Under the pieces are notes generated by a model. That model did not search any database. It was not told where the DNA came from and saw only the letters and a list, made by a program, of their open reading frames with translations. Position numbers and translations under genes: made by a program. A DNA stretch of 64,000 nucleotides from an uncultured Gammaproteobacteria bacterium (GTDB taxonomy: Bacteria; Pseudomonadota; Gammaproteobacteria; JAURND01), in contig CAVQQD010000003.1 of NCBI GenBank assembly GCA_963714975.1, positions 736,001 to 800,000 of the forward strand. The letters run 5' to 3'. Positions 33,801 to 45,473 of this stretch are shown piece by piece. The number at the start of each line of letters is the position of its first letter. The first letter of the stretch is position 1.

Positions 33801-34304
33801 ACAGTGTTGATTGCAGGTTACGTGACTGCAGTAAAAATTATGCAAACTAAGTCGGGTGGGCGGATGGCATTTTTAAGCTTAACCGATCGTTCGGGTCGGA
33901 TTGAATTAATCGTGTTCCCACAGCTATTTGATAGTGTGCGAAATTTATTAGTGAAAGATACCTTGTTAATTGCTGAAGGTGAGGTCGCTGTGGATGAATT
34001 TACTGAAGGTCAAAAATTATCAGTCCGACAATTGTATGATCTTAATCAAGCGCGGGAAAAATTTGCGAAGCAACTTGCCATTTCCGTCAATAAGGATTCC
34101 GTTCCTCTCGATTTTTTTCCGACGTTACAACATATTCTAAAACCTCATTGCCCCGGTCGCTGCCCCGTGGTGATTTCTTACCACACTGAAACAGAAACTG
34201 CCCAGTTAGTTTTGGGGGAAGAATGGCGGATCAAACCCAGCCAGGAATTACTTGAGTCTTTACAAACATTTTGTGGACCAGAACAGGTGAGATTAACTTA
34301 TTGA
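30851..34304 (+). CDS. dnaE: DNA polymerase III alpha subunit (one frameshift near 31950)
   Basis: PHP domain HLHLHTDYS, GPGRGSGA-S-LVAY spanning the junction, ERFLNPER..DFDIDF, KFDFLGL, YGFNKSHS, OB fold. Confidence 0.97.
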
Positions 34305-34313
34305 TGATCAGTT

Positions 34314-34371
34314 CCCCTCTCCCCACACGAGCGGAGCGAGGGAAGGTGGGAGAGGGTTAGAGATAGGGGGT
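34314..34371. repeat. REP-like element between convergent dnaE and tkt
   Basis: Close copy of 30786-30846. Confidence 0.8.
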
Positions 34372-34372
34372 A

Positions 34373-36454
34373 TTAATTCTTACCAGGGCCACGGCGTAAC
34401 AACCTCAAAGCACATGCATAAATATTTTTTACAGAAAATCCATATCGATCCATAATGGTTTCTCCAGGCGCGGATGCACCAAATGTTTCGACGCTAATTA
34501 TTGCGCCATGTTCTCCAACGTAACGCTCCCAACCTTGTGAAACGCCTGCCTCCACTACCAATCGCCGTGAAATTGTTGGCGGTAATACGCTGTCTCGATA
34601 TTGTTTTGATTGCGCTGCAAATAACTCCCAGCTTGGCATTGAAACAATGCGAACTGGGATTTTTTGTTGGCGGAGTTTTTTAGCGACAGCTATGATCAAG
34701 CTTACTTCAGAGCCACTAGCGATTAAAATAATGGCAGGCTTCTTTTTAGGTACATCAGATATAATATAGGCACCGCGTCGTAAACCCTCTGCTGCAGCTA
34801 ATTCGTTACGATCCAAGGTGGGGACGTCTTGTCGCGTTAATACTAGTGCTACCGGGGTATCGTCGTGTTTCTATAGCGACTTGCCATGCGACAGCTGTTT
34901 CATTGGCATCTGCCGGACGGATAACTATTAAATTTGGAATGGCGCGCAAGCTTGCAAGTTGTTCGACCGGTTGATGCGTGGGACCATCCTCTCCTAATGC
35001 CAATGCTATCGTGCGTGAAAACATAAATTACTTGCATACCCATCAATGCGGCAAGTCGGATAGTAGGTCGCAGGTAATCAGAGAAAATTAAAAAAGTTGC
35101 GGTAAAAGGAATAATGCCATTAAAAGTAGCCAAGCCATTTGAGATAGCACCCATAGCATGTTCACGGACGCCATAATAAAGATTGCGGCCGGCATAGTTC
35201 CAGCCACCAGTTACCGAGCCTTGTAAATCTCCAGTAGCTGTATATGGATTTTGAAAATTGCCAAAATTAATTAGTTCAGTTTTGGTGGAAGCATTCAAGT
35301 CAGCAGAGCCACCGATAAATCCTGGTAAATTAGGATTAATTGCTTGCATCACTTTTGCAGAAGCTTCACGTGTCGCCATGCCTTTGCTATCAGCTGGAAA
35401 TATGTGGAATGTTTTCATTCCAGCCTGAAGGTAGTTCCTTTGTGCATCAATTGCTGCAATTCTCGAGCTTGGTTCGGATATTTTTCGGCATACGCAGTGA
35501 GTTTGGCATTCCATAGTTTTTCTAATTTGTGGCCATGGGCTATTGGCTTTATGAAAATGCTTTGCAGCTTCTTTTGGAACGTAAAAGGAGGGATTAATGG
35601 GCCAAGCTAAATGTTGTTTAGTGAGTTTCACTTCTTCCACCCCGAGCGGAGAACCATGTGCTTCAAACGTATCATGTTTATGCGGAGACCCATAACCAAT
35701 ATGTGTTCGTATGATTATTAAAGAGGGACGTTTTGTTGCTATTTGTGCCGCTTCAATGGCATGATAAATTGCATCTAGATCATTACCCTCATCGATAATT
35801 TGGGTATGCCAGCCATAAGCATCAAAACGTTTTTCGCAATTTTCAGAGAAGCAAACTTGGGTTGATGCAGAAAGCGTGATGTGATTGTTGTCGTATAAAT
35901 AAATTAATTTACCTAATTTTAAATGTCCTGCCAGTGATGCTGCTTCGGAGGCAACCCCTTCCATTAAATCACCATCACTTACCAATGCATAGGTATAATG
36001 ATCAATGATATTAAAATCAGGGCGATTATAACGGGCAGCAAATAAGCTTCGGCAATTGCCATCCCAACTCCATTAGCAAAGCCTTGCCCAAGAGGGCCAG
36101 TGGTGACTTCCACTCCAGGGGTTAATTCACTTTCTGGATGACCTGGAGTAATACTTCCCCACTGTCGAAATTGTTGAATTTGCTCCATAGGATAGATCAT
36201 AGCCAGTGAGATGCAATAAGCTATAGAGCAACATTGAACCATGACCTGCGGAAAGCACAAAACGATCACGATTATACCATTGTGGATTGGCAGGATTATG
36301 CTTTAAAAAATGGGTCCATAAATATAAGCCATAGGCGCTGCCCCAATGGTAAACCAGGATGCCCACTATTGGCTTTTTGTACCGCATCAATGGATAACAT
36401 GCGTAGGGTATTGACGCACAGTTGATCTAAAGAAGTTGATTTTGCAGGTTTCAT
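34373..36454 (-). CDS. tkt: Transketolase (several frameshifts)
   Basis: [64 protein letters not shown]. Confidence 0.93.
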
Positions 36455-37879
36455 GTTAGTCTTTCCCAATTGGTATGAAAAGTCCCCTTTGCATCAATTC
36501 GTTCATAAGTGTGTGAACCAAAATAATCACGTTGTGCTTGAATAAGATTTGCTGGCAGCCAGGCGCTGCGATAAGCATCAAGATAACTAAGTGATTGCAT
36601 AAATCCTGGTATCGGCAATCCCTGAATTTAGTTGCTTGGCAAACGACGTGTCGCAAGTAAGCTTGATGTTCATCATCAATTGCTGTGACAAATTCTGGTC
36701 CAGCAATAAATTGGCTAAATCGGTATTAGCATGAAATGCAGCACAGATATCATCTAGCAATGTAGCGCGAATAATACAGCCACCACGCCAAATTCGTGCT
36801 ATGGCTTCAAGATTAAGTTGATACTGATATTTATCAGAAGCAACTTTTAAAAGCGCCATTCCTTGCGCATACACAAGAATCATTCCAGCAAAAAGTGCAT
36901 GTTGTAGTTGTCCTCAATGCTAATCGCGGGATTTGCAGCAAGTGAGGGTAAGGAAAGTCGATAGTAAGACTTGCTTGTTCGCGTTCGTCAACAAAACCCG
37001 ACAAGTCACGCATTGCGACAGCGATATCGATTGTTGGCACGGGAACTTGTAATTCCATTGCGGTTTGCGAAGTCCACATACCCGTGCCTTTTTGTGCTGC
37101 TACCGGGAGAATTTCATCAATCAAGTGATTTCCCGGTTCTATCATCTTGTTTGCTAAAAATATGACTAGTGATTTCCAGGAGATAGCTTTGCAATTCTGC
37201 CTTGTTCCATTCGCTATACACCTGATGTAATTGTTGATTATTTAATCCAAGACCTTGTTTCAATACAGCATAGGTTTCACTAATGAGCTGCATGATTCCA
37301 TATTCGATGCCATTATGGACCATTTTTACAAAATGTCCGGCCGAACCAGGGCCCAGATAAGTCACGCATGGTTCATCTTTTACCTTGGCAGCGATCGCTT
37401 CGAACAGAGGACGAACCCGTTTATAGGCTTCTTTGACGCCCCCTGGCATAATACTAGGCCCATGCCGTGCACCTTCTTCACCTCCGGAAATCCCAACACC
37501 TAGGAATTGAATTTGCCTTGAGTTGCTAAATCATGTAAACGAATATCAGTATCTTTAAAATAAGAATTACCGGCATCGATAATAAGATCGTTGGCAGTTA
37601 AATAAGGTAATAGTTTTTGATAACGGCATCGACAGGGGCACCTGCAGGAACGAGTAATATAATGGCACGTGGTTGGCGCAATGCGTTGATAAAGGCATGA
37701 ATGTCGCTACTCGCGAAAATATCCCGTTTTTGAGCTTCCTCGATAAGGAAGTTAATTTTACTAGAATCAATGTCATAACCTGCTACGGAAAATTGCTGGT
37801 CGGCCATATTCAATAATAAATTCCGTCCCATGACACCTAAGCCAATCATACCAATTTCACATTGGGGTTTGTCTTCCAT
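36451..37879 (-). CDS. gnd: 6-phosphogluconate dehydrogenase, decarboxylating (several frameshifts)
   Basis: [44 protein letters not shown]. Confidence 0.93.
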
Positions 37880-38007
37880 GATATCCTCTCCTTAAGTACT
37901 CACACTGTCGTCCCTGACGGGGTGAGTTTTTTATTCTATATTTCATTATAGTTATTATAGGAAAAATCGGCGGTTCCCGCCAAATAGATAAATTTTAGCC
38001 AAAAAGG

Positions 38008-39548
38008 ATGTGGTCTTCAGTGAAATTTAATATGATGCAGACGCTTACTGAATCAGCAGCTAAACAGCAGCCTGCCCAACCTTGCATATTAATTATCTTT
38101 GGCATTACTGGCGATTTGACCAAACGTTTGCTTTATCCTGCTATTTGTAACTTGGGCAGCCAAGGATTGTTAGATGAAAATTTTCGTATCATAGGCCTGG
38201 CAAAGGAAAAATACAGCAAGGCAGCATTTCGTAAACAATTAAAGAAAGATGTGAAAGATTTTGTTATTGATTCAGCTCAAGAATTTGGTTATGCATTAGT
38301 GCAGCAAGTGGATTATATATCAGGATTTTTGACGATCTTAATACTTATGTGACATTGAAAAAACATCTGGAACTACTGAATGCTAAAAATGCGAGCAATA
38401 ATTATTTATTTTACTTGGCAATTCCGCCCGCTCTGATTGCGACGGTAGTAAAAAATCTTGCTAAAGAAAAGCTACTAGTGGAAGAAGCAGGAAGTTTTCG
38501 ACGAGTTGTTGTTGAAAAGCCTTTTGGACATGATTTAGCTTCGTCACGAAAATTAAATCAAACACTACTTGCCTTGGTTGATGAGAAGCAAATATTTCGC
38601 ATCGATCATTTTTTAGGTAAGGAAACAGTGCAGAATTTACTGGCGTTTCGTTTTTCAAATGGCATTTTTGAGCCGATATGGAATCATCGCTACATTGATC
38701 ATGTTCAGATTACTGTTGCAGAAAGTTTGGGTGTTGAGTTAAGAGGCGCCTATTACGAGCATGCCGGTGCTTTGCGCGATATGATACCTAATCATTTATT
38801 TCAGGTATTAAGTTTGATTGCAATGGACCCCCCAGTTTCATTTTCGGCAAATTATATTCAGAATGAAAAATCCAAACTCCTACATACTATAGATGTTTTT
38901 ACTCCAGAACAGGTATTGTGTCATGCAGTGCGGGGTCAATACGGTCCTGGTCGAATTGATACCGTGCAAGTGCCTGGTTATCGCGATGAACCCAATGTGG
39001 ATTCACAATCTACGACTGAAACCTATGTCGCGATAAAAATCCTATTGGATAGTTGGCGTTGGCTGCATGTACCGTTTTATTTACGTACTGGAAAACGCCT
39101 TAAAGCTCGTAGTTCGGAAATTGTTATTCAATTTAAGTCTGGGCCTGCTATTTTGTTTGGTGGGGGCAATTCAAAGCAAAAAATCTTGCCCAATTTGTTG
39201 CGGATTAAAATTCAACCAGAAGAAGCTATTTCGTTGCGTTTTAATGCAAAAATTCCAGGTCCCTCTGTGCGATTAGAGCAAGTCGATATGGGCTTTAAAT
39301 ACCGAGATTATTTTGGTATTGATCCGAAAACAGGCTATGAAACTGTATTATATGATTGCATGAATGGCGATCATACGCTATTTGCATCGGCTGAAATGGA
39401 GGAAATCACCTGGTCACTCGTACAACCTATTTTAGATCTTTGGAGCGCTTTACCGCCGCGTGATTTCCCTAATTATGCTCCAGGAAGTTGGGGGCCAACG
39501 GCAGGGGATACATTACTACAGCAGGATGGTAGAGAATGGATATTGTAA
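38008..39548 (+). CDS. zwf: Glucose-6-phosphate 1-dehydrogenase (frameshift near 38330)
   Basis: IFGITGDL, EKPFGHD, RIDHFLGKE, LRDMIPNH, PFYLRTGK. Confidence 0.95.
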
Positions 39549-40360
39549 TTAATTATTCTAGTATTCATATACGGAATACCGCAGCTTTATTTCAGATGGT
39601 TGCAAAAGACTTTATGCAACGTGCTATTAAAGCAGTGAATGAGAAACAATTATTTACCGTGGTTCTTTCCGGAGGACAAACGCCAAAATTGTTCTTTGAC
39701 GCTTTGGTGAAAAATGTACAAGAAGGACCAGAATTTTCCTGGGAGTATATAAAGTTTTTTTTTGGTGACGAACGCTATGTTTCTGCCGATGATCCTGGCA
39801 GCAATTATCATTTAGCATATACCGGTTTATTTTCCAAGCTCCCTATACCCAGGGAGAATATCTGCGAGATCCCAACGAATTTAAAAGATCCTCAAGTTTC
39901 CGCGGAAAAATATGCACAAACATTACGAAATGTATTGAATATTAAGAATGATGAATTGCCATTGTTTGATTTAGTATATTTGGGGCTTGGAGTGAATGGA
40001 CATACTGCTTCGCTAATGCCTGGAAGTCGTGTAGTTAAAGCTTTTATTGATGCAAAAAATGGCGAGAAAAGGAAACAAAAATGGGTGATAGCGGTCTATG
40101 TTCCCGAACTGCATAGGTATCGTATTACTTTTACTCCTTCCATACTTAATAATAGTAAGCGTATTTGTTTTTTAGTAACGGGTGCAGATAAAGCTTTAAC
40201 AGTTTGGAAAGTACTGCAAGGACCTTTTGAACCGTTACAATATCCCGCGCAATTGATTCAATGTGTGCACGGTGAAACGGCGTGGTACTTGGATCAAGCG
40301 GCAGCTGCCCAGCTCCGTCGTCCCGCGGCTTGTCCGCGGGATCCAGGTAAAGACCAATAG
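39536..40360 (+). CDS. pgl: 6-phosphogluconolactonase
   Basis: LSGGQTP, GDERYV, LGLGVNGHTASL, RITFT. Confidence 0.93.
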   Translation: MDIVINYSSIHIRNTAALFQMVAKDFMQRAIKAVNEKQLFTVVLSGGQTPKLFFDALVKNVQEGPEFSWEYIKFFFGDERYVSADDPGSNYHLAYTGLFSKLPIPRENICEIPTNLKDPQVSAEKYAQTLRNVLNIKNDELPLFDLVYLGLGVNGHTASLMPGSRVVKAFIDAKNGEKRKQKWVIAVYVPELHRYRITFTPSILNNSKRICFLVTGADKALTVWKVLQGPFEPLQYPAQLIQCVHGETAWYLDQAAAAQLRRPAACPRDPGKDQ

Positions 40361-40404
40361 AAACTCCATATTTAGATCCCGTGGACAAGCTGCGGGACGA
40401 CGGA
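40314..40404. repeat. RPE/REP-like inverted pair overlapping the pgl 3' end
   Basis: CTCCGTCGTCCCGCGGCTTGTCCGCGGGATCCA ... TAGATCCCGTGGACAAGCTGCGGGACGACGGAG. Confidence 0.85.
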
Positions 40405-40417
40405 GAAGGGAAAGAGC

Positions 40418-41098
40418 ATGAGGGACTACCAAATTGGGGCATCATTATTAGCGGCTGATTTTGCTCGTTTGGGCGAGGAGGCGCAATCCGTAATCAATGC
40501 AGGCGCCAGTGCACTCCATTTCGATGCAATGGATAATCATTTTGTTCCCAATCTCACCATAGGTCCTGCGGTTTGTGCGGCATTGCGTCGTTTCGGCATT
40601 AAAGCAAATATTTATGTACATTTGATGGCAACGCCAGTAGATAGGCTCATTGTAGATTTTGCGCAAGCAGGCGCAACAGGTATCACAATTCACTCTGAAG
40701 CTACTGAAAACATCGAGCGCAGTTTGAGTCTAATTCATCAACAAGGTTGTAGTGTAGGACTTGCGCTTAAGCCTGAGACGACATGGCATTGTCTCGAAAA
40801 TGTATTAGATAAGCTTGATTTAATTTTGGTGATGTCTGTCAATCCAGGCTTTGGTGGCCAGACCTTTATTCCCTCATCTTTGGATAAAATTAGGCAAATC
40901 CGCAAGCTAATTTCAACGTATCGCCGAGATATTCGTCTAGCAGTTGATGGTGGGATTAAAATAGAAAATATCCTGCAAATTGCCCAAGCAGGAGCAGATA
41001 GATTTGTTATTGGTTCAGCTATTTTTAACCAGCCTAATTATGCACAAGTTATTACCGAGATGTATCATCAATTGGAAAATACAAGGAGCCATGAATGA
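40418..41098 (+). CDS. rpe: Ribulose-phosphate 3-epimerase
   Basis: SLLAADF, HFDAMDNHFVPNLT, MSVNPGFGGQ, VDGGI. Confidence 0.95.
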   Translation: MRDYQIGASLLAADFARLGEEAQSVINAGASALHFDAMDNHFVPNLTIGPAVCAALRRFGIKANIYVHLMATPVDRLIVDFAQAGATGITIHSEATENIERSLSLIHQQGCSVGLALKPETTWHCLENVLDKLDLILVMSVNPGFGGQTFIPSSLDKIRQIRKLISTYRRDIRLAVDGGIKIENILQIAQAGADRFVIGSAIFNQPNYAQVITEMYHQLENTRSHE

Positions 41099-42204
41099 AA
41101 TTGAATCCCTTAAAAACATTAGAAGCGTTAGGCCAGTCTCTTTGGCTTGATTTTATCAACCGAGATTTGATAACCAGCGGTAAACTTGAGCAACTCATTG
41201 CGGAAGATGGCCTGCGAGGAATTACTTCCAATCCTTCAATTTTTGAAAAAGCTATTGAAAGCCACGATTATGCTCAAGATATCAAGATAATGAAGAGCCA
41301 AGATAAAGACGTTCATTCCATTTATGAAACACTGACACAACAAGATATCCAAAATGCTGCTGATAAATTTCGTGAGCTATATCAACGAACCGATGGTAAA
41401 GATGGTTATGTTAGCTTAGAAGTAAATCCTCATCTTGCTCACGATACACATGCTACCATTGCAGAGGCACGACGGTTATGGAAGGCGCTGAATCGTCCAA
41501 ATGTTTTGATCAAAGTTCCAGGAACGAAAGAAGGACTTCCTGCTATAACCCAACTGATCAGTGAAGGGATAAACGTCAATGTAACGCTATTGTTTGGTGT
41601 GCCACGATATCAAGAAGTGGCAGAGGCATATCAGAATGGCTTAGAAATGCGGGTTGCGAAAGGAGAATCGATTGCGCAAGTAACCTCTGTTGCCAGTTTT
41701 TTCTTAAGCCGGATTGATGTATTGATAGATCCTATGCTGGAAAAAATCATTGCCCAAGGTGGAAAACCAGCTGTGCGGGCAAGGAAAATACAAGGCCAAG
41801 TTGCCATCGCCTCAGCAAAAATTGCCTATGAAACTTATGTGAAAATTATCAACCAGGAAATTTTCAAAAAGTTAATTGAAAAAGGTGCACAGCTGCAAAG
41901 ATTGTTATGGGCTAGTACCAGTACAAAAAATCCAGCGTACAGTGATGTAAAATATGTGGAAGCACTAATTGGGGTAGATACAGTGAACACCGTTCCTATG
42001 GTAACTTTGGATGCCTACCGTGATCATGGCGATCCAAAACTTACATTAGAACAAGATATAGTTGAAGCGAATTGGCTTTTTCAGCAATTACCAACCCTGG
42101 GTATCAACTTAGATCACATAACACAGCAACTCGAAGATGAAGGCGTGGAAAAATTTATTCACTCTTTTGAGCAACTGATAAAAACATTGGCTAAATTTGG
42201 CTGA
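41095..42204 (+). CDS. tal: Transaldolase
   Basis: GQSLWLD, GITSNPSIF, VSLEV, LIKVPGT, NVTLLF, RLLWAST. Confidence 0.95.
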   Translation: MKLNPLKTLEALGQSLWLDFINRDLITSGKLEQLIAEDGLRGITSNPSIFEKAIESHDYAQDIKIMKSQDKDVHSIYETLTQQDIQNAADKFRELYQRTDGKDGYVSLEVNPHLAHDTHATIAEARRLWKALNRPNVLIKVPGTKEGLPAITQLISEGINVNVTLLFGVPRYQEVAEAYQNGLEMRVAKGESIAQVTSVASFFLSRIDVLIDPMLEKIIAQGGKPAVRARKIQGQVAIASAKIAYETYVKIINQEIFKKLIEKGAQLQRLLWASTSTKNPAYSDVKYVEALIGVDTVNTVPMVTLDAYRDHGDPKLTLEQDIVEANWLFQQLPTLGINLDHITQQLEDEGVEKFIHSFEQLIKTLAKFG

Positions 42205-42309
42205 GAACTGTCTGGCAGCCAGCAATTTGCTCTGCGTATGCTACACTTTTAAAACGCTCCCAAGGACAGGAGCAAGTCAGCTTGCTTTTAGTTTAACACG
42301 GAGGTTTTT

Positions 42310-42612
42310 ATGCCGTTACAGGATTATGTACCCCCTCCCTCATACAATCCGCAATTTTTTGCCCCAATGCCGCAATGTCCCCATGCTGCAATTAAGCGTC
42401 CCCCAGAATCCAATCTTTTACGTGCCTGGAGTCCTTATGCAGTAGCTGGGTTAAGCTTATTTATTTGTATTAAGTGTACTGGATGGGAAGCGGGCTTTGG
42501 ATGGACGTTATTGACTAGTTTCCTAGCGAGTGCTTATGCCTTAGCAGCAAATCAAGCGAGTTTATTACAGGAGGTTATTTGTGAGCACACAAGTAAAAAT
42601 TATTTTTTATAG
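42310..42612 (+). CDS. Small Pro-rich two-TM hypothetical protein with a PPxY motif
   Basis: RBS CGGAGG 5 nt upstream; YVPPPSYNP followed by two hydrophobic helices. Confidence 0.55.
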   Translation: MPLQDYVPPPSYNPQFFAPMPQCPHAAIKRPPESNLLRAWSPYAVAGLSLFICIKCTGWEAGFGWTLLTSFLASAYALAANQASLLQEVICEHTSKNYFL

Positions 42613-43210
42613 CATGTATGGTCATGTTTACCAATTAGCCGAAGCGGTGGCTGAGGGCGCTGGTACGGTACCTGAGGTTGACGTCACTTTATTTCAGGTA
42701 CCTGAATTAGTTCCGGAAGCTATTTTGGCAAAGAGTGGGGCTTTAGAAGCTCGCAAGCGCTTTGCGCATATCCCCATCATTAAACCAGAACAATTAGTTG
42801 ATGCTGATGCCATTATTTTTGGGACACCCACGCGCTTTGGCAACATGTGTTCACAAATGCGCAATTTTATGGATCAAACCGGCGGTCTGTGGGTCACCAA
42901 TAAATTAGTCGGTAAATTAGCCAGTGTTTTCACCTCAACCGGTACGCAACATGGAGGGCAAGAAACCACAATTACCAGCTTTCACACTACCTTATTCCAT
43001 TTGGGATTTATTGTGGTTGGAGTCCCCTACAGCGAACCAGGTTTACTAGTAATGGATGAAGTTAGCGGAGGTTCTCCTTATGGTGCCTCCACTTTAGCAG
43101 GTGCTTCAGGTAATGATCGACAACCGTCTGCAAATGAATTAAATATCGCCAAATTTCAAGGAAAAAATACGGCTAAAATTGCCAAGGCTTTAAAAATAGG
43201 TCGGAGTTAA
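42581..43210 (+). CDS. wrbA: NAD(P)H:quinone oxidoreductase WrbA
   Basis: [35 protein letters not shown]. Confidence 0.95.
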   Translation: MSTQVKIIFYSMYGHVYQLAEAVAEGAGTVPEVDVTLFQVPELVPEAILAKSGALEARKRFAHIPIIKPEQLVDADAIIFGTPTRFGNMCSQMRNFMDQTGGLWVTNKLVGKLASVFTSTGTQHGGQETTITSFHTTLFHLGFIVVGVPYSEPGLLVMDEVSGGSPYGASTLAGASGNDRQPSANELNIAKFQGKNTAKIAKALKIGRS

Positions 43211-43214
43211 TCAA

Positions 43215-45473
43215 GTGAGCAGAGTTAACGAAAACCTTGTGATTATATCAAATCGTCTTCCCATTACAGTCCAAAAAAAACCAGACGGGCAATTTAAAAT
43301 AGTGAAAAGTTCTGGAGGGCTGGTAGCTGGATTAGATGAAATTCATCGTCAAAAAAATACTTTGTGGGTAGGGCACAGTGGCCTGTGTAGGGATGAAGTA
43401 GCAAATTATTCGCAGTTAGAAGAACAATTAAAAAGTGAGCGTTTGTATCCGGTCGATTTAACAGCAACAGTGTATAATTCTTATTATGATGGTGCCTGTA
43501 ATAGTATTATTTGGCCGTTATTTCATTATCTGCCAGAATCGATGGATACCATTGCGGATGATTGGAAAAGTTATGAGGCAGTGAATCAGTCCTTTGCGGA
43601 AACTATATTAACCATTGTGAAACCAAATGACCAGGTTTGGATTCACGATTACCAACTCATGTTGTTGCCTGGCCTGTTACGTAAACAGCATCCCAATTTA
43701 TCGATTGCTTATTTTCATCATATCCCTTTTCCTTCCTCGGAAATTTTTCGCATCCTCCAATCTCGTGAAAGTATTCTGGATGGATTATTAGGAGCAGATA
43801 TCATTGGTTTTCATACCAGTGATTACGTTCGTCATTTTTTAATTAGTGTCACGCGAATTTTGGGCCTTCCTAATCATCTGGATGAGGTTCACTATCGGGG
43901 CCGTCGAGTGCGTATTGTGGCTCAGCCTTTGGGAGTGGACGTCAATATGATTCAAGCCCAAAGTGCAAAAAAGAGTGAGAAAACTGCAGTAAGTAAATTA
44001 GCCACGGAGATTGGTAATCGCACAGTATTGCTGGGCATCGATCGTCTTGATTATACCAAGGGAATTCCAGAGCGACTATTAGCTTTTCGCAGATTTTTAC
44101 AGCATTATCCAGATTATGTGGGGAAAGTTACCTTAATTCAAATTGCGGTGCCCTCACGGGCTCATGTAAAAAATTACTGTAAGTTACGTGCTGTCGTCGA
44201 ACGATTAGTAGGGCAAATTAATGGTGAATTCGCAGCTCCAGGTTATACACCGGTGCAATATCTTTATCGATCTTTTCCTAAAGAAGATATTATTGCTTTT
44301 TATCAATTAGCCAAAGTAGCTTTGATTACGCCATTACGTGATGGACTAAATTTAGTTTGCAAAGAATATGTTGCGGCACACGATGATGAAGACGGAGTTA
44401 TTATTCTCAGTGAAATGGCAGGTGCTGCTGCTGAAATGGGTGAGGCGTTGTTAGTGAATCCGTATGATATTGATAGTTTTGTGGAAGCCATGCATACGGC
44501 ATTAACTATGACTCAAGAAAAACGACAACAGCGAATGCGTCGCTTGCGACAAAAAGTCATACAAACTAATAATTTAAATTGGATGCGAAATTTTATCCAT
44601 TGTTGGCGTGAGGCAGTGACCCGCAACCATAAATATTCAATGAGTTTGACTAGTGAAATACAAACACAATTGTTAAGGCGTATCGCACTTGCTCAGCGTT
44701 GTTTTATATTTATTTCTTGTGATTTAAGCTCTGCTTTTCCTCTGGACCTAAATCTATTAGAGGTATTGAGTCAAAACCAGAAAATCGAATTAGTTTTAAT
44801 GACCAGGCAAGAACGAAAATATTTTTCTGCATTTGAACAATTGCCAGTGCATTTGGTGGCTGATCATGGAGCATTCATCAAGCTTAAGCAGCAAGCTTGG
44901 GAAACCCAGGCAGGAGTTGAGGAATTTGTAGCGTTGGAGGCCGATATCATTCGCTTATTAGAAGGCTATACTCAACACGTACTTGGGTCCTATATCGAGT
45001 GCAAAGAATTTTCAATTAGATGGCATTATGGACAAGCTGATGTCACTTTTGCGTGCAGCCAAGCCCGCGAGTTGTGTACTAGTTTGGGACAATTATTAGA
45101 AAATACCCATTTCTCAGTTTATTTAAATGATGGATTTTTAGAAATTCGCCATATTGTAGCGAACAAAGGACATGCTATTGAACAAATTTTGAAAAATTTA
45201 CAATGGAAAGCGGAAGAGGTGTTGATCACGATTGGTGGTAATGAAGATGATGAGGAAATGTATCAGATTTTTCCAGAAAACAATTGGGCGATTCATATTG
45301 GCGCTCCTAATCTTTCCGCAAAATATCAGCTCGCTACTGCCAATCAATTGAATGATTTGCTTAAAGATATTGTTAAAGAGCAAAAAATAACTGTGGAGCT
45401 TCGTCGTCCTGGCATGGATGCCAGGATCCCGGTGACAATGACAGTCACAGAGGATTCGCTCCTCGATCCATAG
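43215..45473 (+). CDS. otsA: Trehalose-6-phosphate synthase fused to a degenerate T6P phosphatase domain
   Basis: SNRLP, WIHDYQL, HIPFPS, DRLDYTKG, DGLNLVCKEY; C-terminal HAD-like domain lacks the DxD motif. Confidence 0.9.
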   Translation: MSRVNENLVIISNRLPITVQKKPDGQFKIVKSSGGLVAGLDEIHRQKNTLWVGHSGLCRDEVANYSQLEEQLKSERLYPVDLTATVYNSYYDGACNSIIWPLFHYLPESMDTIADDWKSYEAVNQSFAETILTIVKPNDQVWIHDYQLMLLPGLLRKQHPNLSIAYFHHIPFPSSEIFRILQSRESILDGLLGADIIGFHTSDYVRHFLISVTRILGLPNHLDEVHYRGRRVRIVAQPLGVDVNMIQAQSAKKSEKTAVSKLATEIGNRTVLLGIDRLDYTKGIPERLLAFRRFLQHYPDYVGKVTLIQIAVPSRAHVKNYCKLRAVVERLVGQINGEFAAPGYTPVQYLYRSFPKEDIIAFYQLAKVALITPLRDGLNLVCKEYVAAHDDEDGVIILSEMAGAAAEMGEALLVNPYDIDSFVEAMHTALTMTQEKRQQRMRRLRQKVIQTNNLNWMRNFIHCWREAVTRNHKYSMSLTSEIQTQLLRRIALAQRCFIFISCDLSSAFPLDLNLLEVLSQNQKIELVLMTRQERKYFSAFEQLPVHLVADHGAFIKLKQQAWETQAGVEEFVALEADIIRLLEGYTQHVLGSYIECKEFSIRWHYGQADVTFACSQARELCTSLGQLLENTHFSVYLNDGFLEIRHIVANKGHAIEQILKNLQWKAEEVLITIGGNEDDEEMYQIFPENNWAIHIGAPNLSAKYQLATANQLNDLLKDIVKEQKITVELRRPGMDARIPVTMTVTEDSLLDP

